Below, piece by piece: positions 1-12,940 of a DNA stretch of 59,061 nt. Positions within the stretch are counted from its first letter, which is position 1. The number at the start of each line of letters is the position of its first letter. The notes beneath the pieces were generated by a model. That model searched no databases, was not told where the DNA came from, and saw only the letters and a program-made list of their open reading frames with translations. Both the position numbers and the translations under genes were made by a program. Source of the stretch: Tubiluchus corallicola (lineage: Eukaryota > Animalia > Priapulida); NCBI GenBank assembly GCA_030141605.1, contig JAQGDQ010001153.1, positions 1 through 59,061 on the forward strand. Reading direction: 5' to 3'.

Positions 1-222
1 CGGTTGGGGGTGCAGGTGCGTGGCATGTTAAGTAGCAAGAAATAGTAGACAAATAATATGTAGCTCAGAATGGAATACTTCTAGTGCGAATTGAAAGAAG
101 ATAACTGTCGCAAACTGTTTATAATGACGGTGATCATATCTGTTCATTAAACACTGAATAATAGTTACAGCAAACCTACAATGGCCATTACGTAGGGGGT
201 GGCGAACTCACCCCGTTTTACG

Positions 223-224
<2 letters not shown>

Positions 225-253
<29 letters not shown>
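225..253. repeat. (TA)n microsatellite
   Basis: Uninterrupted TA dinucleotide run. Confidence 0.95.
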
Positions 254-257
<4 letters not shown>

Positions 258-562
258 CAAATCAGTTCCTGTGGAAAGCCGGAAGTAATATCAGGACTAG
301 CACGATCCAGAAGGAACTCATTAAAGCAAATAATTGAATGGGTGACTAGATTTATTACCAATGTGCTTACTACTCTTCTCTTCGTGCAGCGTATTTTAGC
401 TAAAATAGCAAGTACAACAACGAAACTGAGAAATATTTCATCAAATATTTACACCATGGGTATACTGTAGGATGTAAGTAGCTACATTATTAACTTATTT
501 GTCAGTAATCTAATAGATTCATACAAATCGAGCAATAATTATATTGATTACAGGAAGCTCGA

Positions 563-812
563 AATAAGCCTCTTCACAGTTTCGCTGTGCGCATGCGTAG
601 TTGCTGTAGGTCAAAGGTTAAGTGTACCACAGCAATGCGTCTTAACTGCACCCGTCACGTGACGTGTGGGTAAAGTAAAGCAAAGCTGTTTGTCGCACCA
701 GTTCAGTAACTTCAGTTGTTTTACGTTATTATGCATTAGTCTGTGCACAGAGTGATTTACTAGCAGGATCTTGCTTGGGAACAAGGAAAAATGAACTAGG
801 TAAGATTCTAAC
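563..812 (+). mobile_element. Partial copy of a non-autonomous DNA transposon family (terminus ~AATAAGCCTYTTCACAGTT)
   Basis: Homologous to 11040-11347 (same strand) and 28825-29167 (opposite strand); shared core TAGCAGGATCTTGCTTGGGAACA..AAAAATGAACTAGG. Confidence 0.75.
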
Positions 813-819
813 TGGTAAG

Positions 820-1037
820 GGTCACCAGAACTTATCTTCATTAAAGTTAGATCATCTGTGCTTCTGCCGCCGCTTGGTGTCATAATTTTAAAAATCCTGC
901 ACCTGCAGAACAACACCTTATAACCAACAGTTCTATCCATACGCAAAAACTTAGAGAATAACATTGATAATCAAAGCCACGCAAAACAAATAACCCCACC
1001 CAGGCAGCCCAAAGGAAATAAAATCATCATCATCATC
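820..1037 (+). mobile_element. Probable degenerate LINE 3' end
   Basis: Translates to TCRTTPYNQQFYPYAKT*, resembling the RT..Y..SF.P C-terminal motif of CR1/L2-group ORF2; followed by AATAAA and an (ATC)n tail. Confidence 0.4.
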
Positions 1038-1264
1038 CAATGCCCAATCCATGTTAAACGGCGTCTTTTTATTTTTCTTGTCCAAGGTTTTTCTTTTATT
1101 TTTTCATATAGAACTTTGTTTGAAATTTTCTCTGGCCATCTAATACCCAAAATGTTTCTGTAATTTCATCTTTGAAGTGCATCGATTTCAACTTTATGAT
1201 TTGCTTTTAATGTCCAGAGCTCAGAGTTATACAGGAAACAAAACATGCATAATTACTCAAAACC

Positions 1265-1539
<275 letters not shown>

Positions 1540-2020
1540 AAATCTTTATTTGCCATTTTAAAAACATTGACCATCATAATAAAAGACAGACAATCAGTGT
1601 TAGTTCATATAAAAACATACACTGTTCTGGGCAAATGCGTCTGGTGCAAGCTAAACTATAAGTGCAACTAGAAATTCAAAAATAAAATATAAACTAGTTT
1701 AATAAGGTCTAGGAAAAATGAAATTATGATTTGAGTGAGTATCATCGTGTTCGTATGTCGGATATTCAAAACGAGTCATTAAATGTTTTTTTTTAATTTA
1801 GACTTGAATATTGATAAAGAGCTGCTGTGTTTTAGTGATGTCGGTAATGAATTCCAAAGTTGTATTGCTTGTTTAGTAATGGAATTCTTTCCATATTGGT
1901 TGTTCGTTCTAATGTTTCTTAAATTTAGTGTTCTGTTATTCATACTGGGGGGTTTTAAGAAGTGGGAGCTTATTGTTTTTGAAAGGAGAATTAATATTGT
2001 TGATATATATTATACCTTGT
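1540..2020 (-). mobile_element. 5'-truncated CR1/L2-group LINE, 3' end
   Basis: Minus strand reads RTNNQYGKNSITKQAIQLWNSLPTSLKHSSSLSIFKSKLKK (WNxLP...FKxxLK ORF2 C-terminus), then 3' UTR, AATAAA and (CTA)n tail; near-identical copy at 45091-45455. Confidence 0.85.
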
Positions 2021-2651
2021 AGGTAAAGCTTTACAACTGAGAACTCAATAGATGCTATCTAGATTAAGCGAGAATCGAATCCCTAAATGTGTAAATTGGT
2101 GCATTTCCGCTAACGATTAGCTAAACACGAATAAGCCAGCATACATACACGTAATAAGTCCACTGACGGGGATGACAACCTACAGATGACAATGGCGCTT
2201 ATACGTAACTTTCATACAGGTCGAAAATTAGCGAAATTTCCTAATGATGCATTTGCTGGTTAATGTTCAGTGGGAGTTAAGTGCCAAGTAACGTGTGAAG
2301 CCAGCACGTGCGTGTGGTATAAACCAGGTGAAGCCAGCCACCGCAACACGTCAACAATCAGTCGACAGCGGGTACCTTGCCACGGAACATCGGCGCTGTT
2401 TTTTATAGTGAGTGAAAAGAAAGTTTGATGATAGTGATGACGACAACGAGGGAACAGATCATATTCAGTTTTTTTCTTTTCACGATAGTAAGTGTTTTTC
2501 GCTCGGATGTGCTTACAATATGAATTCTAAGTTCATGAACAAGTTCTACTTTAGTTACGCATTACAGTCGAAATCCAATCTTGCGACATATTTGTTTATC
2601 AGGGTAAATTAAAATTTGTTATAAAGGACGTTCTAGCAGAGGAACCGTTAA

Positions 2652-3109
2652 CTCTTTCAGTCCAAAATTATTTTTGTAATAAGAAAAACTTTTGCCTTGG
2701 TACTTTTGTTCAGTATGTCCATCTTGTTTACACACAATAATTATTTTTTTCTACTTGTGCCCGCGTGCTAAATATAGCCTGTATCCCACGGGATACATTG
2801 GGATTCAATGGAAGCATAAAATGTGCTTCATTTTGCAACTGCTGATAATTTTTTAAAGTATTTAAGACATTTAGTATGCATGCTATGCTGATCTGTACAA
2901 AGTCGTCTCTAAAGTACTGTACCTTGCGCAGTTTTTTATGCTATGTAGATTTTCTAGTTTGCCATTTTATCACCATTTTAAGTTTATTGTTATTGGCTTA
3001 AATCAAGATAACTATTAACAGATCAAATAACTGTCAGTTTTAAAATTTTATTAATTTTAAAGGCAGAAAATATTCTCGTATCCCACGGGATACAACGGGT
3101 ATGAAAGGG
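2652..3109 (+). mobile_element. piggyBac-type MITE, copy 1 of 4
   Basis: TTAA on both sides; termini CTCTTTCA...TGAAAGGG; internal GTATCCCACGGGATAC palindromes; copies at 47632, 49031, 54101. Confidence 0.9.
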
Positions 3110-4046
3110 TTAAGATAGAGGAACCAACTTTTTGAGACGACTCGATTTTCAAAGTTCTCGTGTGTCAATTGTTAATGGGAAATCTTTAATTTGGGAGATT
3201 GTAAGAGTAAAAAAAACATTTAAACAAAATGCTTATAAATCTCAGGAAGGTTTGCAGTGGGTACGGAAACTGTTCACCACGAATCTGCAGTGTTTTAAAA
3301 AATTCAAGCACTTAAAAAAATCAGTTAGAACCTTTTAAACGTCATTTTACAAATATTAACTAACGAGTCACAATAATAAAAATTTGAAAACAAGTTTAGT
3401 AGACTAAGCTTCTTGAACTGACGTACATTTCCTGAATCGTATCATTTCAAAATGATTAAGTTTACAACTAAAGTCCAAGCCTGGAGTCTGGTTATAGTTT
3501 TCACATATACATAAATATGAGGCAGTTACAACGAAAATAAAGAATATAAAAAAGTAAAAAAGACAAAAATGTTATTAAAAAAATTAAGAAAAGAAAAATA
3601 TATGGATTAAAACCAATAAAATTCCAATTTAATTTAATTTAAAAATTTGATTGAAAATTTACTAATCCTTATCAATATTTATCACAGGTTTGTATTTTTA
3701 AATCAGTTCAGCCAATAATCTTTCTACATGATCTTTAGCTAAATAAAATAGACGCATTAAAAGGGGGTGATGGCAAAGAGTCACAAGAGTTTTGTATTTT
3801 TCTTACACATTAGTAATTATATCTCACGTCAGTTTTATTCAACATTTGTTCAACTAACGCACCACAAACACTTGCAAACACATGGCATTCATTAAGAGAT
3901 TTGGTAGTATAATTCTGGCTTTTAACACAGCACAAACTGATATCTCCAGCCATCTGTTAATGTCAATACACCACAAACAGTTATTTATACTAAATATTTA
4001 TAAAGTCAATAGGCACACATTTAGTTATGTTTCAAAATGCTTAGCT

Positions 4047-4231
4047 ATATCTAATGGATATCAGTTATGCTTGTCAATTTAATATTCATTTGGTTTTTTC
4101 AATTAGTAATTTTACTTTTTCTTTTAATTTAGATTTTAATATCTAATGGATATCAGTTATGCTTGTCAATTTAATTTTCATTGGTTTTTTTAATTAGTAA
4201 TTTTACCCTTTCTTTTAATTTAGTTTTTAAT
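4047..4231. repeat. Tandem duplication, ~92-bp unit x2
   Basis: ATATCTAATGGATATCAGTTATGCTTGTCAATTTAAT... repeated head to tail. Confidence 0.85.
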
Positions 4232-5424
4232 TCAGCCTCTTCATGTTTCTGTACCCTTTATTTTATATGTAGTTACATCTGTGAAAAAAGTTCTTGAAAA
4301 AATACAGAATTTTTGAGATTATGGGCATATTAACTTCTTTCACGATTATGACCATGGCGAGGCTCGGAAGAGCTACTATCTTATTTTCAAACTTTAGACT
4401 GTACATTCGATGGTGGGTTTTAAAATGCTAATTAGATATCTTGGGAGTAATAATAAGTTTATTTATCATCATTACAACGAAAGGGTTGAATTACAGTACA
4501 GCATGAAGTTGCAATATAAAATTTTTAAAAAGAAGAAGCAAGGTAGAACGTACAGCAACTAGAGGATCTCGAAGATTTCAGCATATGAAGAGTACCCGTA
4601 TTGCTGTTTGCCAGGAGGCAATTTTTAACACATTTAACAATAAGAACTCCATGCAGTGTCAAGCAGATGTTTAACATTTAGAACGGTATATTATTTGCAG
4701 TTATACTTTTGTGATTAAAGGAACAATTCTCAAACTAGTATAATTCGAAACATTTATATTTGTACTTAGGCTCTATGCGGTATGGCAGTATTATATGTAA
4801 TTATTTTGTTGTTATAATTTCAGCCTGATCATTGCTGCAATATGATAAATAAACCACTTTGATTGATTCAGCAAAAACTTCCATAGTTATTTAGCAACAA
4901 GGACTATTACACTGTTACAAGATACATGAACGAAATAAATTAAAACTAAATGAGTAAAAAATTAAGGTTGGAAATTGAGTAAACCATATGAGATAAAACT
5001 GTTTTTGAATCTCTCTGTTCTGCATCTAGGTAAGGGACATTTCAAATGGTGGCGAGTGCTGTATTTATGAGTATGGGTATCTCGTAATAGAGTGTAGATT
5101 TTATTATTAGGATTTTGAATTGATAAGAACAACTTTTTGCAAGAATTTTGACGACGGTTAAATATAAAGGTTGAATATTAGCCAAAATTAGAGCACTTGT
5201 ACAGTTTTCATTTGAAAAATTATTTTCATTGAGCGCTTTTGAACAGTTTCTAACAGATGCGCGAGATTTTGCGAGAGTGATGAGACGGAGAGACCGTAGT
5301 CGGCGTTTTCTCGAACACATCTACCAGATTTTTGAAAGTTCTGCCCAAAACACCATTAAGAAAAAACGTTCGCAATGTGGGTCACGAAAAAAGAAAGCAT
5401 TGCGGGTCGCTCCTAAAAATAGTG

Positions 5425-5660
5425 GCCGTTTTTTTATGTTACGTTTCGTGCAGGGCGGATTCAGAACGCCAGCCTGTGTATTGGGGTGCGAAAAACACTA
5501 ATGGAAACGGGCCGTTTTTTATTTTACGCCTCGTGCAGGGCGGATTCAGAACGCCAGCCTGTATATTGGGGTGCGAAAGCACTAATGGAAACGGGCCGTT
5601 TTTTATGTTACGTTTCGTGCAGGGCGGATTCAGAACGCCAGCCTGTATACTGCGGTGCAA
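5425..5660. repeat. Tandem repeat, ~85-bp unit, ~2.7 copies
   Basis: CGTGCAGGGCGGATTCAGAACGCCAGCCTGT occurs three times. Confidence 0.9.
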
Positions 5661-5787
5661 AGAGAGCTTTATTCTAAGTTCGGGCGCTTTCCGGTAGGTG
5701 GGGGCACAGTACGCCTAGTTTTCCGTTCTCATCGCCACTTCTAAGCTCATTCAGTCGCATAAAATCGTTTATTAGCTGGCTTCTAGT

Positions 5788-6038
5788 TCTAATCTAATTA
5801 TGTTAGTAACATATGTTTGCCTATTACTATCGTTAATTGGGTAAATTGGATCAATAAGGGCAACCTACGTGGACTGTTTGCGCGTTACTGATCAGAAATG
5901 ATTCAGCATTCTAATCTAATTATGTAGGTAACGTATGTTTGCCTATTATTATCGTTATTTGGGTAAATTGGATCAATAAAGACAACCTACGTGGACTGTT
6001 TGCGCGTTACTGATCAAAAATGATTCCGTATTCTAATC
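5788..6038. repeat. Tandem duplication, ~122-bp unit x2
   Basis: TTCTAATCTAATTATGT...CAACCTACGTGGACTGTTTGCGCGTTACTGATCA repeated. Confidence 0.9.
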
Positions 6039-6325
6039 CGCTGACTAATAAACAGTTTTTCACGGTTTCGTTTTCAAATATAAGCTAATATAATCAATAA
6101 TAATTTATTTTTCACATCAGTATAACATTACAGAACAAATACATGCACAAAAAATAAAAGAACCAAAATAATAAAATAATTAACATCAAAATAAAAATTA
6201 ACATCAAATTAGAAAAATTTTCATAGGTCGTGCATATTGTACTACAGAACGCTGAAGAAGCTGAGAGCTTGTTCAGCAAAAATATTAACAACTCATTAGT
6301 AGCATTATGCATTGTTGTCATTGCT

Positions 6326-8367
6326 ACTGCTGTTGTTGCCACTGTAATAATGCTGCTGTAATCTTACTGCTGTTGTTACCACTGTAATATTGCTGCTGTA
6401 ATCTTACTGCTGTTGTTGCCACTGTAATATTGCTGCTGTAATCTTACTGCTGTTGTTGCCACTGTAATATTGCTGCTGTAATCTTACTGCTGTTGTTGCC
6501 ACTGCAATATTGCTGCTGTAATCTTACTGCTGTTGTTGCCACTGCAATATTGCTGCTGTAATGTTACTGCTGTTGTTACCACTGTAATATTGCTGCTGTA
6601 ATGTTACTGCTGTTGTTAGCACTGTAATATTGCTGCTGTAATCTTACTGCTGTTGTTACCACTGTAATATTGCTGCTGTAATCTTACTGCTGTTGTCGCC
6701 ATTGTAATATTGCGGCTGTAATCTTACTGCTGTTGTTGCCACTGTAATATTGCTGCTGTAATCTTACTGCTGTTGTTGCCACTGTAATATTGCTGCTGTA
6801 ATCTTACTGCTGTTGTTGCCACTGTAATATTGCTGCTGTAATCTTATTGCTGTTGTTGCCATTGTAATATTGCTGCTGTTGTTGCCACTGTAATATTGCT
6901 GCTGTAATCTTACTGCTGTTGTTGCCACTGTAATATTGCTGCTGTAATCTTACTGCTGTTGTTACCATTGTAATATTGCTGCTGTAATCTTACTGCTGTT
7001 GTTGCCACTGCAATATTGCTGCTGTAATCTTACTGCTGTTGTTGCCACTGCAATATTGCTGCTGTAATCTTACTGCTGTTGTTGCCACTGCAATATTGCT
7101 GCTGTAATCTTACTGCTGTTGTTGCCACTGCAATATTGCTGCTGTAATCTTACTGCTGTTGTCGCCATTGTAATATTGCTGGTGTAATCTTACTGCTGTT
7201 GTTACCACTGTAATATTGCTGCTGTAATCTTACTGCTGTTGTTGCCACTGCAATATTGCTGCTGTAATCTTACTGCTGTTGTTGCCACTGCAATATTGCT
7301 GCTGTAATCTTACTGCTGTTGTTACCACTGTAATATTGCTGGTGTAATCTTACTGCTGTTGTTGCCACTGTAATATTGCTGGTGTAATCTTACTGCTGTT
7401 GTTACCACTGTAATATTGCTGCTGTAATCTTACTGCTGTTGTTACCACTGTAATATTGCTGGTGTAATCTTACTGCTGTTGTTGCCACTGTAATATTGCT
7501 GGTGTAATCTTACTGCTGTTGTTACCACTGTAATATTGCTGCTGTAATCTTACTGCTGTTGTTACCACTGTAATATTGCTGCTGTAATCTTACTGCTGTT
7601 GTCGCCATTGTAATATTGCTGGTGTAATCTTACTGCTGTTGTTACCACTGTAATATTGCTGCTGTAATCTTACTGCTGTTGTTGCCACTGTAATATTGCT
7701 GCTGTAATCTTACTGCTGTTGTTACCATTGTAATATTGCTGCTGTAATCTTACTGCTGTTGTTGCCACTGCAATATTGCTGCTGTAATCTTACTGCTGTA
7801 GTTGCCACTGTAATATTGCTGCTGTAATCTTACTGCTGTTGTTACCATTGTAATATTGCTGCTGTAATCTTACTGCTGTTGTTGCCACTGCAATATTGCT
7901 GCTGTAATCTTACTGCTGTTGTTGCCACTGCAATATTGCTGCTGTAATCTTACTGCTGTTGTTGCCACTGCAATATTGCTGCTGTAATCTTACTGCTGTT
8001 GTTGCCACTGCAATATTGCAGCTGTAATCTTACTGCTGTTGTCGCCATTGTAATATTGCTGGTGTAATCTTACTGCTGTTGTCGCCATTGTAATATTGCT
8101 GGTGTAATCTTACTGCTGTTGTTACCACTGTAATATTGCTGCTGTAATCTTACTGCTGTTGTTGCCACTGTAATATTGCTGCTGTAATCTTACTGCTGTT
8201 GTTGCCACTGTAATATTGCTGCTGTAATCTTACTGCTGTTGTTGCCACTGCAATATTGCTGCTGTAATCTTACTGCTGTTGTTGCCACTGTAATATTGCT
8301 GGTGTAATCTTACTGCTGTTGTTACCACTGTAATATTGCTGCTGTAATCTTACTGCTGTTGTTGCCA
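6326..8367. repeat. 40-bp minisatellite, ~51 copies
   Basis: Unit ACTGCTGTTGTTGCCACTGTAATATTGCTGCTGTAATCTT, highly homogeneous, with one shortened unit near 6870. Confidence 0.98.
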
Positions 8368-8634
8368 GTGACAGTAGCATTCCGTCCGAGGTCTGTGGAT
8401 GCGCTCACACGCAAACAAGCACGAGGAGTGGTGGGGCAAGAAGTCAAGCGATTTCTGAAGGACTTTCCCCAAGAGGCTGAAGAACGGAAACGGTTCATGC
8501 CTCGATCTATCGACTACGGACCGTGGACGTCGAGATTACTGCGCATGCGCTTCAATAGAGATGTGACGAACAATAACCGCTACGGAAGCTCTTTAGGTAC
8601 CAATAGCTTTTACAGGGATATTTCCCAAAAATAA
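8359..8634 (+). CDS. Putative C-terminal coding region of a secreted peptide (neuropeptide-like) precursor
   Basis: GC-richer open frame directly after the array: ...LLLLPVTVA-FRPRSVD...VKR-FLKDFPQEAEE-RKR-FMPRSIDYGPW...; dibasic sites, repeated FxPRSxD motif, AATAAA overlapping the stop. The true start is uncertain. Confidence 0.55.
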   Translation: MLPVTVAFRPRSVDALTRKQARGVVGQEVKRFLKDFPQEAEERKRFMPRSIDYGPWTSRLLRMRFNRDVTNNNRYGSSLGTNSFYRDISQK

Positions 8635-8774
8635 AGCATCGCTCACATCGTTCATTAATTTGTACTAATTCAGCTTTTACTCGCTTATGTTTATTTTTAA
8701 CAAACACTCTCAAGCATTCAGGCATAAAGTGCATTAAGCAATCTCTTTAACTGAATGGACAGTGCAAAAACGGC

Positions 8775-9025
8775 ATAATCATTTATCTCAGTTAGCAGAA
8801 TTTAGCTGTGATTTCTGTGCACAATTTTAAACAAATCATTGGCGGCTTTACTGTAGAACAAGATTGAGCAATATGCATGATCTTCGTAAGACTAATTTTT
8901 ACTGGTGGTTCAAAAACTTGCTGGAAAATCTTTCAATCTCAATCCAGATTCGATTCGAATTCGAAACAGTGAAGTTCGGTTCGATTCGAATTCGAAAGTC
9001 ACAAATTCGATTCGATTCGAATTCG
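8775..9025 (+). mobile_element. Partial copy of the hAT-type MITE seen intact at 36472-36885
   Basis: TTTAGCTGTGATTTCT...ACAATTTTAAACAAAT and GATTCGAATTCG subterminal repeats shared with 36630-36860. Confidence 0.75.
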
Positions 9026-10215
9026 CCTTCTTTGCATTCATAATAATTCGAAGTTATAGCATTAGCACACAGTCAAGTATTGCTAACCACTATCTGCGAA
9101 ATCAAAACAAAATTACGAAAAAATCGCAAATAACGAATTTGCCAGGTAGCTGATACTATTTGTAAAAGTCATTATACTTGTAAAAGAAAACCAGACGATT
9201 GATTAGACTCAATCTCATTTTAAATTACTGAATATATACATTTTCTTGCCTATAAAAGTTAGCAGTTGTTTCTAATATTTGAATAACTACCTTGGAAAAT
9301 TAATTAACGGCAATTTAACGCAGCTGTCGCTTACGTCACAAACTAACCACAGTTTGTACAACGGCATGGCATCTTTCCCTGCGCGTCAAGCACGTTTGCG
9401 TGACTGTTACAGTACTGTTTAAACGCGTGATGTCACGAAAATGGGTTTTACGTCATATGACGTCAGAAACTAACACAGCAGTGCATGATCATGCTTATCA
9501 CGGTACCGCGCCTATTTGTCGGCCACGCCAATGTGACAAAAAGGCGCCATGCCACTCTTAGTTGATCCGCTGAGCCACTCGTAGCTTTAAAAGTTTAACA
9601 AAATATAAGTATTCGGAGTAATTATTACTTAACCTAAGCTTTGATTTAAAACAGCAGTTGTAGTTTTCAATATTTTACAGCATACTTTATTTTGAACTAT
9701 GTATACACGAGCGTCCTATTTTCCTTTAAGTTTTTCAGGTAACCGTGATGACGTACGTAAGCTTTTGTCATAGCCAATTAATTCTGCGACTAACCCATGA
9801 TAATTACGAATACGCGCTAAGTCACTTTGCAGAAAATGAAACCAGCTCATTGGATTTGTCCCTGACATTTGCACGAAATTCTTGTAGCTACGTCACACTA
9901 TTCTAGTACTCTATGCTAGTGAATAAAGAATTGCAACCCGCAAGGCACGAGCAATCCACCTCTCAATAGTAATATCGTACGCGCTTTTGCAAAAACAACA
10001 ATGAAACTACCTGAAGCTATCAGCTTTATCATCACCACATTGATTATGTTGGTATTGTTATTACATATTCTGCCAAATGACTTCTCAAATATCTTGTCTT
10101 TTACACTAATAATTAATTGCAAGTTCTGTATTCAGCTTCTGGTATTTTGCATTGTATGCTGGCCTGGTTTAAGCTCGTTTTATAGTACTTCCTACGCAAG
10201 TACTACCCATTCCAC

Positions 10216-10336
10216 GTCTGTCGGCCATATCACGTTGAAAACACCGGTTCTCGTCTGATCACCGAAGTTAAGCAACGTAGAGCCTGGTTAGTACTTGGAT
10301 GGGTGACCGCCTAGGAATATCAGGTGCTGTAGGCTT
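10216..10336 (+). pseudogene. 5S rRNA-derived sequence (head of a SINE)
   Basis: Near full-length metazoan 5S sequence (CGGCCATATCACGTTGAAAACACCGGTTCTCGTC.GATCACCGAAGTTAAGCAACG...TAGTACTTGGATGGGTGACCGCCT.GGAATA..AGGTGCTGTAGGCTT) with several substitutions and no T4 Pol III terminator. Confidence 0.9.
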
Positions 10337-10786
10337 GCGGGATGCCCACACTGTATCTCGACAGTAGGGGAGGAGCTGCACAAGCAGCCCACGACTAGAG
10401 GGCGGAGGAGGTCAAGAGACCCAATGTATAGTGGCCATGTGTAGAGGAGTAAACCTTCCAAATCAGGAGTGGAGCCCCGAAGGCGGACCAGTGCAGCATG
10501 CTCACTGACTCCGGCAGCTCCTGCAGCTAACCTGGTGCCAAACGTATCGCTATGCTTTCCTTTGAACTACACCAGGGAGAAAGAGAAGGGGTTCCTGTTG
10601 TCTGGGCAACTCAGGATCTCCATACACCTTGCCCAGGCGTGCGCCCTGGAGAGGCCATTCCAGTAGTTCAAGGATCAGACTGCTGAGCCACAGTCGACGC
10701 TGCAGCTCCATCAATGTGATCAATAACTGACTCTCTTGGCGCACACTCCATTGTCTTCCGAGACAGAAGGATGCCAACAACTACTC
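10216..10786 (+). mobile_element. 5S-rRNA-headed SINE (SINE3 type), ~570 bp
   Basis: 5S head runs into a GC-rich ~440-bp body, a 3' stem-loop TGTCT-TCCG-AGACA and a short AACAACTACT tail; no clear TSD. Confidence 0.75.
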
Positions 10787-11039
10787 ACGCATTACCCCAG
10801 GATCAATTTCAAAACTGCGCCAAAGATAGCGCAAATCTCAATTTTGAACATACGGGCGACAAAAAGTGCCTTCTTTACCAATTATTAGTCTGACATACAT
10901 CTTTCGCTCAGTAATTAATTAACAACTAGAAAAGGTAAGCCACCTGCAGCACGTTTGCTCATATTTTAATTATTCTTTCTGAAACTTGAACAGTGGAAAG
11001 CAGCATGCGTTTTTTGTACCTACAAGCCTTTACGCATTT

Positions 11040-11347
11040 GTGCGCACGCGCAGTTGCTGTAGGCCGAAGGCTAAGTGTACCACAGTAACGCGTCTTAGCT
11101 ACACCCTCACGTGACATGTGGGTAAAGCAAAGCCGTCTGCCGCGTCAGTTACTTACTAGCAGGATCTTGCTTGGGAACACGAAAAAATGAACTAGGTAAG
11201 GTTCTAGCTAGCTGTCAAAACTGTTACTATCAAAACAGTATGGGCTGCGAGGCGTTGTCAAGTGTACTCCAATGCATTGTCTGGTACACTTGACTTTTGA
11301 CCTTTTCACGATCATCATCAATCGCTGGAACTGTGAAAAGGCTTATT
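11040..11347 (+). mobile_element. Non-autonomous DNA transposon family, copy with right terminus
   Basis: Homologous to 563-812 and 28825-29167; ends AACTGTGAAAAGGCTTATT. Confidence 0.75.
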
Positions 11348-12940
11348 CGTTCAATTATCAAATGCCACCGATGCTCGGTAGCCACGATAAGCACAAAATA
11401 GTACATATTTACAGAAGCAAAATACATAAATAAACATAAAAAACGGCACCAGATTACACCTGCTTGTAGCAGCGTCTATCGCACGTCTTGCATTCCTATT
11501 ATGTATTGTCAAACGAATGCATAAGTCGATTCTGCGCAAATCGTCAATCGGCTACTGTAATACGAAAAAGTGCTTATTTTCTAAAGCAGTATATTGAAAA
11601 CTTTCTGAATCCGCTGACGCTTCATCAACGCCATTTTTACCCGCATTGAGTGTGTGACCGATTTCAAAACTTTCCCAGACAGCAAGTAATTAACGCGGCA
11701 GCATTCGCATGTTAATGACAGCTCCGATAAAGGGGTAATTAGGATAAAAAGGTAATAATAAAGATAATAATGTGGCGCTACCCGCGTTTAGTAAGAATGA
11801 CTGTGTGTAACGATTTCATACTGGGTGCAATTATGGCGCAATTACTAAACTGAAAGAAAACGCCTACTCTTTGCAGTTTGGAACAGAACGCAAGGACATT
11901 TTTAACTGTCACTCAGGCATACTACACCTAGTACGCGTTTATGAGTTTCACCTACACTCATAAATCTTTTACTATACTCAATAATGTAACACCTTTTCTC
12001 GCTGCTTTGTTATAAATACAAAATTCCGTGATAATGTGAGATAAGTGACATAAATTGCTGAGATGAATCTGGAAACCATAGAATAGATTTTATTGAGGCC
12101 AAATGTGTCACAACCTGTAATTAAAATCAAAACTCGTTATTTTCTTGCCGTAGATTGTGAATGAATTTTATGCAGTAAAACTATATGACCAAACAATAAA
12201 AATGGCTGACACGTGCTGTCACGAACATGTCAAGCTAAAATTGTTTCAATTTCGTTTTTAAGCAAGATTAATCGATTAGTTGCTCATTATTTTAGTTATA
12301 AATATCTGCTGAATATCTTGACCTCGTACTAAATAGCTGTGGAAGGTTTCTGCTATTGAAACTTCTTGACCTCGTACTACACTGAGGCCTATTTCTATCT
12401 AGTTGCCTGGATTTGTAATTCAAAATTGAGGACGTTTTGACGGGATCTGGAGTTACAGTTGGGAACCCGGATGTGTGCCAAATGATTCTCATCCGTCCAG
12501 CCGATGAATCTGATTAATGTCCATTTTTAATAAAAAGATATTTATGATTACCGCAACTTCTGGGTCTTTTAATGTCCCTTTTAATGTCCACTTGTGGCAT
12601 CTATAGGTACCTCTCAACTACTCTCATGGCACACCCTCAAAAATCATCAACAGGGCATCAAAAGCTGCTGTTTAAGCTATTAAATTAACTTAATTTGTGC
12701 TTGTCTAAAATTAACAAATTATTTTGGACAAAAATAGATAAGCATAAAAGAAATGTGGAGTGTACACGGATGCACAGACATACAGAAATTTTAAACTGGT
12801 TGCCTGCTGATCAGCTAGATTATTAACTGGTTCTACATTATTACTATGTGAAATTCGTCCTGTACATTGATAATGAATTTCTGATAAACAGATTATGTTC
12901 ACTTTACATCAGATCACTTTAATTTTGTGTGGGAGCTATT

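Noticed and set aside
5229-5697. ORFs of 90 and 121 aa
   Set aside because: Non-ATG starts, partly generated by the 85-bp tandem repeat, no recognisable domain.
9330-9900. Cluster of CRE-like motifs (TGACGTCA at 9458-9465, several ACGTCA)
   Set aside because: Short motifs with no positional support; similar motifs are common inside DNA transposons.
10216-10336. Functional 5S rRNA gene
   Set aside because: Solitary, carries substitutions, lacks an oligo-T terminator and continues into a SINE-like body.
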